Source: Guillardia theta CCMP2712
Lineage: Eukaryota > Protista > Cryptophyta
Direction: 5' to 3'
NCBI RefSeq assembly: GCF_000315625.1
Contig: NW_005434643.1
Location: forward strand, 190,212-254,211
DNA length: 64,000 bases
Shown here: in pieces, positions 1-13,900 of the stretch
Layout of the letters: each line of letters begins with the position of its first letter
How positions within the stretch are numbered: position 1 is the stretch's first letter
Program-made: the position numbers and the translations under genes
The notes under the pieces: generated by a model
Seen by the model: only the letters and a program-made list of their open reading frames with translations
What the model was told of the DNA's origin: nothing
Databases searched by the model: none

Positions 1-1
1 C

Positions 2-1096
2 TTGCGCTTCTCCTTCACTGACATCGTCATCCTCCTCTCCTACCTCGAGATGGCCTGGGTCTTCGACCCCATCGTCACCGCCTTCTACGGAGCAGCAGGC
101 AACGACACCTCCTCTCCCTGGTGGCTCGCGCAGCAGCGCTGGTACCTCCTTGCCATGCTTCTCTGCCGCTTCGCCGTCGTCGTCTTCCGCGGCCTCCACG
201 TCCCCCCCCTCCTGCAGCTGCTCGTCGTGAGCATGGCGCTCTTTATCTCCCCGCCCAACATTGTCTGCGTCTCTCAGGCTTGCGCCAGTGACGTCATCCC
301 CGCCTGGATGAGCTGGGAAAGTGCCCCTCAGCCCGTGGAAGGCTTTTTCCACTTCTTCATCCGCGGCATTGAGCCTCAGGCCTCCTCCTACGCCTATGCA
401 GCCTTCCGGTACGTGATCACGCGCAAGTACCTCCTCACCGTCTTCTTCTACATCCTCAGCTTCAACTACGGGCGATGGTTCGTTCGCGTCATCACCGAGA
501 GGATGAAAGAGGTCGCAGGGAGCATGAGCAGGAGGATAAGAAGCTTCCGCGTGCTGATGCGAGTGATCCTCGGCATCCTCTCGTCGTCGCTCCTCGTGCT
601 GATTAGCTTGACCGAAAGCGACAGATTCAACGCGCAGGAGGACAACTGGGTGCAGGAGGACGGGACCTTCTACGACCAGCCTCACCTTACTCGCCTGGGC
701 CTCCTCGTCGTCGTCCTCTTCTTCTCCGTCCTCTGCGAGTGCGTTCTCACCTGGTCTCTTCCTCTTGAGCTACAGACCGCGGGCTCGACGACTCTGGGAT
801 CGTTCGCAGCTCACAGCTACGTCAACCTTGCCTTCTCCTCCCTCTTCCTGCAGAACATGCGAGGAAACATGATCGGCTACATCTTGCTGGTCCTGACGAT
901 CCCGATTATGACCATGTTGGTGTTTGGCCCTCTTCTGCAGTACTTCATGGTATGGCACATCAAGATGATCGCAAGTGCCCTGCAACGTCTGTGTACAAGT
1001 GTCTTCCCTTCTTGGAGGAAGGACGACACGCAACATTTGGAGAGAACGGAGAGCGCTGGATCGCTCGTCATGGTCCAGCAAGTGTCTTGCAACTGA
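2..1096 (+). CDS. 3' part of a multi-pass membrane protein (possibly acyltransferase-3-like region), 5' truncated
   Basis: 364-codon open frame from the window edge, C/G-rich third positions, about 8 hydrophobic segments; family assignment is weak. Confidence 0.6.
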   Translation: MRFSFTDIVILLSYLEMAWVFDPIVTAFYGAAGNDTSSPWWLAQQRWYLLAMLLCRFAVVVFRGLHVPPLLQLLVVSMALFISPPNIVCVSQACASDVIPAWMSWESAPQPVEGFFHFFIRGIEPQASSYAYAAFRYVITRKYLLTVFFYILSFNYGRWFVRVITERMKEVAGSMSRRIRSFRVLMRVILGILSSSLLVLISLTESDRFNAQEDNWVQEDGTFYDQPHLTRLGLLVVVLFFSVLCECVLTWSLPLELQTAGSTTLGSFAAHSYVNLAFSSLFLQNMRGNMIGYILLVLTIPIMTMLVFGPLLQYFMVWHIKMIASALQRLCTSVFPSWRKDDTQHLERTESAGSLVMVQQVSCN

Positions 1097-2111
1097 CCTC
1101 GTCGTTTTAAACTTGATTATCAATGAACGAATCGAACTACATCCTACAGCATTGCCTATATTGTCATTTCAAAGATCAAAGATGCGTTCAAAACCACCTT
1201 ATTTATTCATTGAGAAGAACATCCCAACTTTCTCCACTTCCCCACGAGATGCTCCCATCCTGCTCACTTCTCGCCAACATTGACAGATGTCGATCTTGTC
1301 ACTCAGACGAGATAGGTCTCCATCTCTTCCTGTTTACTTCAACGCTTCTGCTATGCATCTCCGTATTCAGCGTGCAAACACTATTAGCTTCTATCAGTAT
1401 TTGTACCATCAAGTGAGCAGATCAGAACATGCTCCAGTAGTTCTAGTCACTACTCCTTCCTGGGTTGTTAGCTGCAGCACCTCTCAACGATCCGCAAATA
1501 GTTTCCTTCCTTATTCTTATGATTGATGGCAAAACTCCAGAACTAGAAGGGAGAAGAGAAGAATCAAGTCAAGTGAGGAAGGGAGAGGGGGGCAACAGAT
1601 CCAGGAGAACGATGTCAACGAGATTGTGTTGAACAATACTGAAAGGGAAGTAGTGTTTCAGTGTAGACAAGGACGTAAGGATATAGAGGTTGGTACTGCT
1701 ACTTTCTCCTGTGAGATTGTTCCAAGATATCATGATCCGAGCAAACAAGAATAGGTCAGGATGCAGATGAGTTGGGCAATTTCTGCATTCGTGCAGTACT
1801 AAATACCAACAAGAGGGGTTATAGAACTCGACTCGCAGGGTGAACTTTGAAGATAGAGCGCCATGTGTGAAACGTTTATCAGCAGAAGACAGGCTCAGAG
1901 GAAACGCTGGTGAGCAACACTGATTTTACACAGAGCAGCAAGTTACTTTCAACTCTTCTCACTCAATGATGACCTTCAGCGTTCATTCTCACCGAAACCC
2001 GCAACCAGCCAACATATTACATCATCTGCGATCCCAGGCCAAAACGAGAAGGCGCATTGGCATCCCCTTTAGCAGCTGCGAATCGATGGTAATCTTATAT
2101 TTCCCTGCTCT

Positions 2112-2328
2112 TGCCCCTGCCCCTGCCCTTGCCCCTGCCTCTGCCCCTGCCCCTGCCCCTGCCCCTGCCCCTGCCCCTGCCCCTGCCCCTGCCCCTGCCC
2201 CTGCCCCTGCCCCTGCCCCTGCTCCTCCTCCTCCTCTTGCCCCTGCCCCTGCCCCTGCCCCTGCCCCTGCCCCTGCCCCTGCCCCTGCCCCTGCCCCTGC
2301 CCCTGCCCCTGCCCCTGCCCCTGCCCCT
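2112..2328. repeat. (GCCCCT)n microsatellite, two blocks
   Basis: Direct tandem repeat; source of the AP/GQ/GR/LP low-complexity ORFs. Confidence 0.95.
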
Positions 2329-3574
2329 TCTCCCACTTCTTCTCCCACTCCTGCTTCTGCTGGGTTTGCTCGACTCTCCTGCTCCTGTGCCTGTTCTCCC
2401 TGCTGTTTCCGTCCCGAGACAGTTCCCTTGTAAGGGATCCATAAATTTGCAATACATTTTATTGAAGCCAAAGGCATATTAATCGAAAATTTTATTGTCA
2501 ATTGATATGAACAAGAATAAAATATCAGTTTACTGTAGAATTCCATTCTTAAAGCAATAGACAGGGATCCACTAGTCGTAGTGGGGGGCCGCCATGGAGA
2601 GGGAGTGAAGCGGGGCAAGGAGGACGGGAGAGGAAGAGAGCATCTATCGTAGCAGGGGAGAGGACAATAGGAGAGCAGAACTGAGCAGAGGAAGGGGTGA
2701 GATGAAGGCGGGAGGAGAAAGGATGGTTGTGTGCACGAAAAGTCACTGAGGACCTGCATCGCTAAGTTTGGATCGCGACATGTACCTGACAGAAGTGACA
2801 AACAAACACAGAAGGTCTCAGTGGTGTCTGTCAAGATATTGCGCTGCAAAGATATCCTCATATGTCTGGAGAAGGAGAGTGATAGGGGAGGGCATGCTGG
2901 TCGCAATGTATTCCTCCAGCTGAAGCTGGAGCTTGGTGCGAGGGGGGGGGATGACTGACTGCTTGCTTCATTCAAGATGAAGAACAGCTACGTGCCGTAA
3001 GAGATGTTCCGCTTGTTTCTCGTCCTGCTGTTGCTGGGGCCTTCGAGTTGTTTCCTACCATCGCCAAGCTTGCCTCTCAAGGTACGCTGACATAAACCCC
3101 ATCGCCGTGATGGTGTTGGTGATGAAGAATGGGGATGATATGATGACCAAGATAATGACGACGACGAGAATGAAGAGCAATCGAAGGGAAAGGGGAGAGA
3201 GCAGGGGATGATGGAGGAGGAGGATAATATTGATAATGCCAAATATTTCGTTGTGACCAAGACCTAACAGCAAACATCCCAGGCGCCACAGGGTAGGAGC
3301 CTTCAACATCGTGTAAGATGCAGCAATTCTGTGATGATGAAGTCATCATTGGCACTACAGGTTGTGCGACATGGCTTGTGGCTGCTTCTCTGACAATCAT
3401 TGCAGAAGAGCGTCAAAGTTTATCCATCCTCTGTCACGCAGAAAGATCAAGACTGTGCGGTATGAGTGCGGCATGATCGTAGCTGTCCTGTAACATGCTT
3501 TTATCATCACAGAGAGCTAGGATCAACAGGCTTTCAGAGAGTGAGGGTGTTTCTGATCTGTTTGACCTCATGAC

Positions 3575-5971
3575 ATGGATGTGATAGAACGCGAGGCTCT
3601 CGCCAAACTCTTTCGTGCCATAGCGCTTGCTGTCCTCGTTGTCAGCACTTGCGACCTCTCCTTGGCAAACATTGGTCAGTCCTGTACCTGTTCTCTCTGC
3701 TGCAATCCTGACATGTGGACTCTGTTGTCGCTCGACAATCAGCCACTCCTATCAATGTAAGAGTTGCACCCCTGCAACCTGCCAGCCTGTAACACATCCT
3801 CCAGGTTCTACCTGCCCTTTCTAGCGAGACAGGATCATTGCTTACAAGACAACTATGGCTCAAGTTCAAGGTCCGTTGTATCTTCTTGCTTGTATCCACT
3901 GATCGTGATGCCCGCAGTCAAACTTTTTGCTGTACTGCTCGATCCCAATCATCGCAGGTCTTCTCAACTGGGCGACAAACAGGTCCAACGCAACTTGAAG
4001 GTTGTGGGGAGTGAGAGGGTTTGCGCAGCCTAGCAGTGAAGATGATTTTCTATCCTCTAACGTTCATCGGCATTCCGATCAAGGTCTTTGAGCTCCTTGC
4101 TGCTGGTGCAATGACGTTGACAACTGTTCTTGTTCAGGTGTTCAAGGAGCAGGTAAGACGGAGGGAAGGGATGTTCCCTGTTGTGATCGGCTCACTCGGT
4201 CTGTCAGCCGTTGGGGCTGATAGGATGGACTGGGATAGTTCCCGCAAAGGTGAGAGCATGACTTTGTATGCCCGAAGATGTCAGAACAGCTGAGGATTGC
4301 TGAATGCCTTGCTGTTCTGCTTTTCATCCCTGCGATTGTTCTTGTTTCTTTGCTCTGTCGTTGCTCTCGTGTCAGAGCTGTTCTTGGATCGCAAGCTCAC
4401 GCGCGTTGCAGGCTCGCACGATGGCGCAGAGGATGATGAAGATGGTGACGTCGCAGGTGAACAACAACCTCCCTCGTCCTCTCCTCCGCCCTGACACGTT
4501 TAAAGCTCATCAACGTCAAAGATGTCGCATGCAGAGTCGAGTCGAAGAAGGTGGAGCAAGGAGAGGCAGACAGGCAGTGGAGCAGAGGGAGAGAGCCAGG
4601 GAGGAAGAGGGCAGATAGGACGTGTCGAGGGAAGGAGGGAGGACTGGGGAGGAGGGGGGGGAGGAGGGAGCGAAGGGAGTTGGAGGGGTGGAGAGGATTT
4701 GAAAGGGGGAGAGAGAGGAGGTAGGAAGGGAGCTGGTCATTGGGGGTTGTAACGTGCTGCCTGCGGGGATACAGGTGGTTGAGATTCTGAGCCCGGTAGT
4801 ACCGTCAGCGCTCAACAAGGTGCCTCCTGTCCTGCCGCTGGTTCTCCTCGCTGACACCTCAGGAACAGATCTCAAAGGATCTCAAAGTTGGATGGACTGT
4901 GAGCCCCTTGCTCCCCTCCTCTCTCCCTTCTCTGCCCTCCTCCTCCTCCTTCTCGTTCTCTTGTTCTGTTGTTCCTCTCCCTCCTCCTCCTCTCCTCCTC
5001 TCCTCACCTCCTTCTCATTTTCGGTTGTCCCTTCTTTCTGTTCTCCTTCTCTCCTTCTCTCCTCCTCTCCTTCTCTCCCCTCTCTCGCTCCATTCCGATG
5101 CCCCTTTCTTCTCTCCAGACATCGCCTGCTCTCTATCTCCCTGCTTCTTCTTTCTTTTCTAATCTTCCCCCGTGTCCGGTCCCATTCTCTCTCTGTCCCA
5201 GACTCTTACAAGCACTCAGATGAATATCCCTGCTGTCTTCGGTCCAGCAGTCTCCACCGCTGACAGATTCATCGAAACTTTCACCGTCAAGATGCAGGTG
5301 GGAATGTCTAGTGACGCCGTTGACGCTCTTTCCACTTTGAGATGTCTTGCTGTTGTCTTGAATTTGAGGTCTGGATACGCTATCATTGCTGACATTACAT
5401 GTGACATGTGCAGAACAACATCACTGACATCCTTGACCTGGAGGAGATGGTGGTGCGGGCGATGGTACAGAACAAGAAGGTGAGGCTGAAGATGTTCATC
5501 TCTCTTCTCAACTCATTCTTGCCGTCAAAGTTGCTTGTGGAGCTGTTCCAAGAATGCGGAAGGAAAGAGCTGAGCTTCATCGTCAGAACAGGTCAGAAGT
5601 TTGTGTGTGAGAGGAGGAGCAGGAAGAGGAGGGTTGAGAAGGGGCAGGGAGGTTGAGGGAAACAGAGGAGGAGGAGAAGGAGAAGGAGAAGGAGAAGGAG
5701 AAGCAACAGTAGGATCAGGACTATCCCCTTACTGAGGGACATCATGCGGACGCCTAAAGGCAGAAGAGGAGAAGAAGAACGAGGAAGTGGATTAGTGGAT
5801 GAGGATGAGGAGAAGGAGGACGTCGCTGACAAACTCTCAGGCTTGTACTTTGGGTTCCTTCTCGGGATCTTTCAAATGGGAGGCACGTGAACTTTGTCAT
5901 GACGACGACGATGATGACAATGATGATGATGATGATAATGATGATGGTGGTGGTGGTGGTGGTGGTGGTGG

Positions 5972-6014
<43 letters not shown>

Positions 6015-6377
6015 CATGGTGATGCTGACGCTGGTAATAGTGGTGACTTCGTTACTTGGCAGTTTGGCTTGTTTGGGATCCCTGGTGGTCACTAGCAGTG
6101 GGAGGAGCGTTAGTGGGCTACATCACGAACTTAATTGCAATCAAGGTCAAAGAGGAGGAGGAGCAGCAGCAACGGCAGCAGCAGCAGCAAGATATCTGAT
6201 CTTATGTCTGCAGAGCATCTTTGAGCCTGTGGAGCCAATAATGATTGGTCCTTGGAAGATTCAAGGATTGTTTCTAACACGTCAGAATGAGGTCGGTGAA
6301 TGCTACATGTGTTGTGATACGACGGTGACAAACAATGGTGAAGACGATGATGCCGGTAGTGGTGGTGGTGGTGGTGG

Positions 6378-6417
<40 letters not shown>

Positions 6418-7810
6418 CATGATAGCGATCGTGGTGATAGAGAATATCATGGCATGATGATGACGATGACACGCCAGGTCTCAAAACTGTTCGCGGCATT
6501 CTTAAGGAGTCGCGTGTTAACTGCTGATGCGATATGGAACGAGATCTTGTTTGGCAGCAGGAGGTAAGAAAACTTCAAGCAAGCACTTTGCCGTGTTGTG
6601 ATAGCGTCTGCTCATCGCGCAGGGAGGTTTTGATAGGATGTTGATGGACCACATCGGTATGAAAGATTGAATGTCTTGTTATCCCCTGCAGTGATGGAGA
6701 TCATCACAACAGATAGTTACATCGGGAGGTTTGTCTCTCAAAGAGCGCTGGGCATGAAGAAGGAAGAGGTCGGAACTATAACGACACACTGACTCCCTTT
6801 CCCTCCTCATCATTCTTGTCTTTCCTTGTCTTCTCTTCATCATCTCCTCGGTCTGATGCCCCATCTTCGAATTTCCTCCACTTCGTTTCCTTTCTCATCT
6901 TTCTGCTCGTGCCATTGTTGTTTTCCATCTCGTCTCGTCTCGTCTCGTCTCGTCTCATCTCATCTCATCTCATCTCGTCTCGTCTCGTCTTCTCTGGTCT
7001 CATCTCATCTCTTCTAATCTCATCTTCTCTCTTCTCTTTCACTTCCTCGACATGTTCCCGCCTTGGTTCTATCTCAAGACTTGCACATGACAAGAACAGC
7101 AGATGTATCAGCTGATTGCGGAGAGGCTGCGAGAAACACTTGTTAACGACAGAAGAGCTCTTTGCGATTACATGGATGCTGTGCTGCAGCTTGAGACGGT
7201 ATGACTTTCAGACAACAAACGTGACCCAGCTGTTCTTGCTAGTGGAGATGTCAATGGTGGTGCTGATGATGCTGATGTTGATGCTGAGGATTGTGGTGGT
7301 GATGATGAAGATTGTGACGATAATGGCGATGATGATGGCAATGGTGATGGAGATGATGATCATGGAGATGGTGATGGTGATAATGGTTGTGGAGGTGGGG
7401 ATAAATGATGAACGGGATGTCCACAAAGATTTGTGATGGATGCAACATCATTAGCTGACAGACGATTACAGGAAATGACGGAGAAGATGAAGAAGATGTC
7501 ATCAAAACAGTTCGAACATGTTTTACACCCAATCTTTCAGGTGCTCACCTTCCCCTTCCATTCTACCTCCCTCCATCCTCTCATTACCCTCTCCTCCCTC
7601 CTCCCTCCTCCCTCCTCCCTCCTCCCTCCTCCCTCCTCCCTCCTCCTTCCTCCCTCCTCCCTCCTCCTTTCTCACTACTTCATCTCGCTCTCCCTTGTCC
7701 CCCTCTGCGACTGGCTCACTCTCTGGTAGGAGGATGAGCTCACTCTCATCCTAGTGGGTGCTGTTCTCGGGTTTGCCGTTGGCTTCCTGCAATCCCTCGC
7801 CCCGTACTGA
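3575..7810 (+). CDS. DUF445-family membrane protein, multi-exon
   Basis: Spliced exons give SIPIIAGLLNWATN-LAVKMIFYP, IGWTGIVPAK, ITDILDLEEMVVRAMVQNKK, GLYFGFLLGIFQM, VGGALVGYITNLIAIK-SIFEPVEP..QGLFLTRQNEV, FEHVLHPIFQ-EDELTLILVGAVLGFAVGFLQSLAPY*; start codon uncertain. Confidence 0.85.
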
Positions 7811-7995
7811 CGTGACGGAAGAGAAGAGGGTCGATGAAGGAAATGTTTTTATTCTTTTTATTGAAATTTCTTGTGAAAGTGACTCGCTGCAACACAATCT
7901 CAATCTCCTTTCATCTCCTTCATTGATTTCTTCCATCATCTTCATCCCCGTCATCATCACCACCAGCATCTCTTATCGTTACATGTCCGTTCCCC

Positions 7996-10900
7996 TCAAA
8001 CTTTCCCTCTTATCAACCGCACAGGAAACTTGACCTGAAGAACGGGTGGCTCAGAGCAATACACGGGAAAACAGGAAAAGAGTGAGGAGAAAGAGATGGA
8101 GGGGCGAAAGGAAGGTGACAGGAGGAGGTGAGAGACGAGGAAAGCAGCCGCATCACCTTCTTGCCTCCAACTACTCGTTGGAACAACAAGTGAATCTGAT
8201 AACGGAATTGTCAACACCCCCATTCCCCTCATAGCCGCCCTGCACCACCCTCCTCTCCTCTCCTCTCCTCTCCACTTGCTCCCCACTCCTCCCCTTCCTT
8301 CATGCAGACTCCCTTCTCTCTCCCCTCCACCCTTTCTCCTCGCTTCCTCCATCGCTATTCCTCCACTTTGCTCCTTCTCGCTCCTCCTCCTCTCGCTTAC
8401 CTCCGATCCTTTATCCCCTAAAATGCATTCGGCCGCCTCCTCTGCTGTGCTGACAGCCTTGCCATCAACCTGCGAGAGCGTCGGAGAGGATGAAGATATC
8501 ATGTCGAGCGGGAGCTTGTATGGAGAGGCAAGAGGAGGAGGAGGAGGAGGAGGAGGAGGAGGAGGAGGAGGAGGAGGAGGAGGAAGTATTCTTACCTTTC
8601 AAGAGAATGTCTTCCAGCTCGATCTGATTGGAGGCTGCGGGAGGATGGAGATCAGAAGCAAACATAACGCGACGATCAAGGAGCACGAAACAACAAGAAA
8701 AGACGGAGAGCAGGTTGAGATCGAAGACAACGAGCACAAGACTATCTCATCGCACACCTGCTGCGGGAGCTCCAGGCGCCAACTTGATCACAATGAGCCC
8801 ATCCTGCAGCGAGTGAGGAGCAGTCGAGAAGGAGACCGACGTAGATGAAAGGAATGGAGAGGAGGGAGGAGGGAGGAGGGAGAAGCAGAGGAGAGGAGAG
8901 GAGAGGAGAGGAGAGGAGAGGAGAGGAGAGGAGAGGAGAGGAGAGGAGAGGAGAGGAGAGGAGAGGAGAGGAGAGGAGAGGAGAGGAGAGGAGAGGAGAG
9001 GAGAGGAGAGGAGAGGAGAGGTCTTTTCCTAACACCCCATATTTATATCTCCTATTTTTTGGGTGGGTTGTTGTTTCGTATTTTGTTTAAAAAAAAAAAA
9101 AAAAANNNNNNNNNNNNNNNNNNNNNNNNNNNNNNNNNNNNNNNNNNNNNNNNNNNNNNNNNNNNNNNNNNNNNNNNNNNNNNNNNNNNNNNNNNNNNNN
9201 NNNNNCCGAGTTGGTCCAAGGGGCAAGATTACCTTGAGATCTAGGCTATTAGATGGAGATGGAGGCCTTATTGACAGAGAAAATGACGTTACCAGCCTCT
9301 GATAAAGGAAGCTCTCCCGAGGTTATTCTTATACCCCATGTCTCCTTGGATTTCCTAGTCACTCGGGATCTAGGCTCCCAAAGGCAAGGAGATTGAGGGA
9401 TTATTAAGCTCTTCTCCAGAAAGGACCCGAGAGGAGAGGAGAGGAGAGGAGAGGAGAGGAGAGGAGAGGAGAGGAGAAACAATAAAGATTTTAAGTAGAG
9501 ATGGGGAAGAGAAATGCAAGGAGAGAAAGGAAGAGATCAGAAAGAACCTTAGTCTGCCGGAGGACCATACCGATTCCACATTGTTCGCCCTTTTTCGTCT
9601 GCTGAGAAGGAATGAGGGAGGAGCAGGAGCAAGGAAGGGTTGGCGTACAGGTCTTGACTGCTCCTCTTGTTGCTCATGCGCAGCATTGACCTGCCTGATG
9701 CTGGAAAGATGTGGTTTATCAGAAATTTGCACAACCTTCTCAGCACCGCCACCATAAACGCAATCATCATCATCATCATCATCACCACCACCACCACCAC
9801 CACCACCACCACCACCACCACCACCATCGTCATCTCCATCATCATCATCTCCATCATCATCATCTCCATCATCATCATCTCCATCATCTCCATCATCATC
9901 TCCATCATCATCTCAATCTTTTGCTTCATGTCTTTCTCCTCCATCCACGTCTCTTCTCACCATTCCCCGAACCATCGTGCTGTCTCCGTCAGCTTCTCGA
10001 TCCATGCCTGGCACGCGTCAGCAGGCAGATGCGAGGAGCAAGAGGCTGTGCCAAGTCACCTCTCCTTCCATCCTATTCTCCGCCTTGAGGGTGATCTAGC
10101 GCACCGTCAGGAGCCATCCCGTCCTCTCGTCCTCTCTCCCTCTCTCCCTCTCGTTCCTCTCCTCTCCTCTCCTCTCCTCTCCTTCCTCCTCCTTCCTCCC
10201 CTCCTCGGCTGCTCCCATCCTTTCGTCAGCCTCACTTGAGTTGGTTCGGACGACGAGCCGCTGCTGCGGATGAGGGAGAAGCGATCCTTCTTGTCGTCGC
10301 GAATGATGAGCTTCCATCCGTCCCCTGCCATTCCATCACGACTGGGCCGGAGATGCAGAAAGGTGGAGAGGAAAGAAACACAGCAGGAAGAGGCAGAGAG
10401 AGAGAGAGGGAGGGAGAAATGGAGAGGGAGAGCGAGAGCGAGAGCGAGAGCGAGGGGAAGAAGGAGACGGGCAGGGGCAGGAACAAGGACAGGGGCAAAA
10501 TGGAAACAAGCAGAGGGAGTAGTCGGAAACGGATAGAAGGGGGGAAGAGAACGGGAAGGAAGCAAGAGCGAAGGGAGCGAGAGCGGGCGGGCGAGGGCTC
10601 GTCATTCAGTGTTGTTCTCACCGAGGTTGTACATCTCCTGACTGTCTGTGACTTCACCGTTGACAATCATCTTCAGGGTCAAGATCCCATCATCGAGCGT
10701 CGCCATGCACATCTGGCAAGTGTGAGAGAGATATAAGTGAGCTCCAGCACTGACCGTCTTGTACGGGTCCTCGAACATCCCATGGTCTTCCTTTTTCTTC
10801 CTCAGCATTCCTGAGTACCGGATGGCCTGCAGACTTTCGTCGTCTCCCCCTCCATCCTCCTGCTCCTCCTGCTCAGAGTCAGACAACAAGTTCCTCGTCC

Positions 10901-13900
10901 TCATACAACAACATCGTCTGCTTCATCGCTGCGAGAAGTTTTCTGTCGCATGCTTGTCACGTCCTCATCGTCCCCCCCCTCCTCCCGCCTCACCTTGGCG
11001 TTCGCCTCCTGCTGCAGGCAGCAAACGTCAGTTCACGTTATCGCACGCGCCAGCTTTACCTCCAGCAGCTCCGTCTGCGCTTGCAGCACTGCCATCCTGT
11101 ACTGCTCCTTCCTGCTGAGCTTCCCCGCAAACCCCCTCCCTTCCCCAGCTGCGCCCCCTTCTGTATCGCCTGCTGCGCCCAGCTCCTCTTCTTCGGTCTG
11201 GAACTTGACAGCCTTCTTGGGGGGGTCGCGATCCTCCTCTCTGGTCTTGTGCTTGAGCTTCGAGGTGACCTGTAGCTGCTTCTGCCGCAGCGCGTCGTCC
11301 ATGCCCCCCGCCTGCTCCTCGCGTCACTCATAGCGAGAGGGAAAGAAAGGGAGAGGAAGATGCAGGTGGAGAAAGGAGGAATGAGGGAAGATAGAGAAGG
11401 AGGATGGAGCAAGAAAGAAGGAAACAGGCAGGAGGAAGGAGGAAGGAAAGGATGCTTCAGACAAGTCGTCATGAGAAGGAGGAGCAAGAGCAGCAGGGGG
11501 AGCAGGAGGAAAGGATTTCACCGAGTTCTTCGGAACGAGCCTCATCGTTGTCTTATCTAGCACCATGTTTGCCAAATCGATCTCCTTGTCATCGTCGTCA
11601 TCGGGTTGCGATCCTGTGACAAGTCAGCCACATTGCGGCGGCTGCATCAGCAGCAGCAGCACAACAGCACATAGAAGCAGCAGTTGCTGCTGCTTCTGCT
11701 TCAGGCGTCCTCACCTTGTTCGTCCTCTTCCTCGGGGATAGTCTTCCGTATCTGGATCACACACTTGCCCACTGCACGCAACATTAGACCCTCAGGTCAG
11801 AACAGCAACGGCAGCTACCGGCGTGATGAGTCTCGAGATGCTCGTGTGCATCGATGATGTCATACATGCTGTACATCTGTTGAGATAGACAGCAACATGT
11901 TACTTGGTTGTCTTCAAGAACAAAGATCTCAGTTGCACCATCATAGGGCAGCAAGTACATCAAAACAGACCCCAGACAGACTGCAAGCATTCCAATCCTT
12001 CGGCACGACACCCTCACTAAGGTTTCTGACATCAACTACATTCAACTTCTGATTCAATAAGGAATCAACTGCGTCCACCTCCGCTTTCACATCTTCATCG
12101 GCAGCACAAGAACAGAGACTAGCAGCAGTGATAACAACGGCTGCAAACTGCATACCTTTGAGACAACAGGCACCATCTTGCCCTCGCGCATCAGGGAAGC
12201 AAGGATTGAGAGGTCCTCGTTATTAGTCATGGATGGCGTGAAGACGGTGTATCGCTTGCTGGCCCCTATCAGTCCAAGACCTCTCCTGATCCCCGATTGC
12301 ATCTGTTCAATGTTGCATGTAAGAAGTACAAGATCACAATCCACATCATCATCGTCTGTACCATCATCATTTATCTTCATATTCATTACTTCTCATCATT
12401 CATCGTCTCAACATCACCATCACCATCATCATCATCATCACCATCATCTCCACCATTATCGTTATCCCCATCCCCATCCCCATCCCCATCCCCATCCCCA
12501 TCCCCATCCCCATCCCCATCCCCATCCCCATCCCCATCCCCATCCCCATCCCCATCCACATCATCCCCATCATCATAATCATCATCACCACCACCAACAC
12601 CACCATCTGACCTGCGCAGTTATTGCAGATCCGACACTGTACTCTCTGCAAAACAAGGGCAGTGAGCGAAGAAAAGTTCTTCACACAGGCTCTGACTTCT
12701 CTTCGCCTCCATATCTCTCCGCTCCCACTAGGGTTACATCTGACTTGCACGTCAGGATCAGCACGAAGCCCTCTAGGCGTTCACATGATCCATCTTCGAC
12801 CAGCAGCGGCTGGCACGCTTGCCAGTAATCGTCTCCTCCGACACAGTCGAGGACGACGTTGTAGCCGACCTTGCCCTGCACAGGAAGAAGGGTTGAGAAC
12901 ATACAAGGAGGCTGTCTGCGGCCCTCAATCTTTACCTGCCCTAAGATCGGCTTGCTGATCTTGTCCCAGAAGTTAACGTCGTTGTAGTTGACGATCTGGC
13001 AGACCTTAGACGAGACTTCGGTACAACCTCTCAATCTACCTCGTCAGCGCCAATCTTCTCCATCATCTCAGCGTTCGACGAGCTGCATGTCACTGTAGTG
13101 TGGCATCGAAGATAATGCTTCGCTATCTGCACGGCAAACGTCCCGACGCCTCCGCTTCCCCCAAGTATAAGAACAGCTCTCCTCCCTCCTGTCGAGTTCT
13201 TGTAGGAGATCCCCCCCACCCGCACCAGTGCCGCGTAAGCTGTAAGGCCTGCCCAAGGCACAGCCGCTGCCTGCAGCAAGAGTTAACACTTCCTCCTCTC
13301 TCCCTCCATCCTCTCACTTCTCTCCCTCCTTCATCTCCCTCCTTCCTTCCCTCCCTGCCTGACTCTCTCGCCACCAACCTGTTCGAAGCTCGCTTCCTCC
13401 GGCATCTCAGCGATCTCATGGTAGTCTGCCACACAGTACTCCGCATACGTCCCATGAACTTCACGGATCCTGTCCAGCGTCTGGAGGAAGCAATCGTGTC
13501 AGCAGCACTAGAGGAAGCAGACAGCGACAAGCCAAGACAGGAGCAGGGAGAAGGACGCTGTGCAAGGACCGACCTGACGCCCGAAGATCTTCTGCCCGAC
13601 CTTGAACGGAACCGCCGATCCTGCCTTGACAATGATGCCGCTGAAGTCGCAGCCAAGGAGAACAGGAAGAGAGAGCGGGTAGAGCTGGGACAGGCTCCCG
13701 CTCCTCAGCTTGCAGTCTGTCGGGTTGACGGAGACCGTCTGGACTTGCACGAGGACCTCGAAGTCTCGAATCTCTCGGGGGAGGTTGCAGAGTTGGACCT
13801 TGAACTGATACGGCGATCCGTACTCGTGCAGGGCGATCCCGAGCATCTTTGCTGGAGCATTGTTGAAATTCACCGTGTTGGCTGGCGCCAGCGTCTCGAG

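Noticed and set aside
1966-2482. Pro/Ala, Gly/Gln and Gly/Arg repeat ORFs
   Set aside because: Translations of the (GCCCCT)n microsatellite, open in several frames
1290-3400. Possible multi-exon gene on the minus strand
   Set aside because: Exon-like fragments exist, but I could not build a consistent model or recognise a domain
5754-10240. Poly-Met/Val/His/Ile ORFs
   Set aside because: Intronic (GAT)n/(GGT)n microsatellites inside the DUF445 and MDR-PH-PDZ genes
11879-12154. Coding-looking ORFs inside an MDR intron
   Set aside because: Skipping the region restores the canonical MDR C-terminus; no motif supports an extra exon
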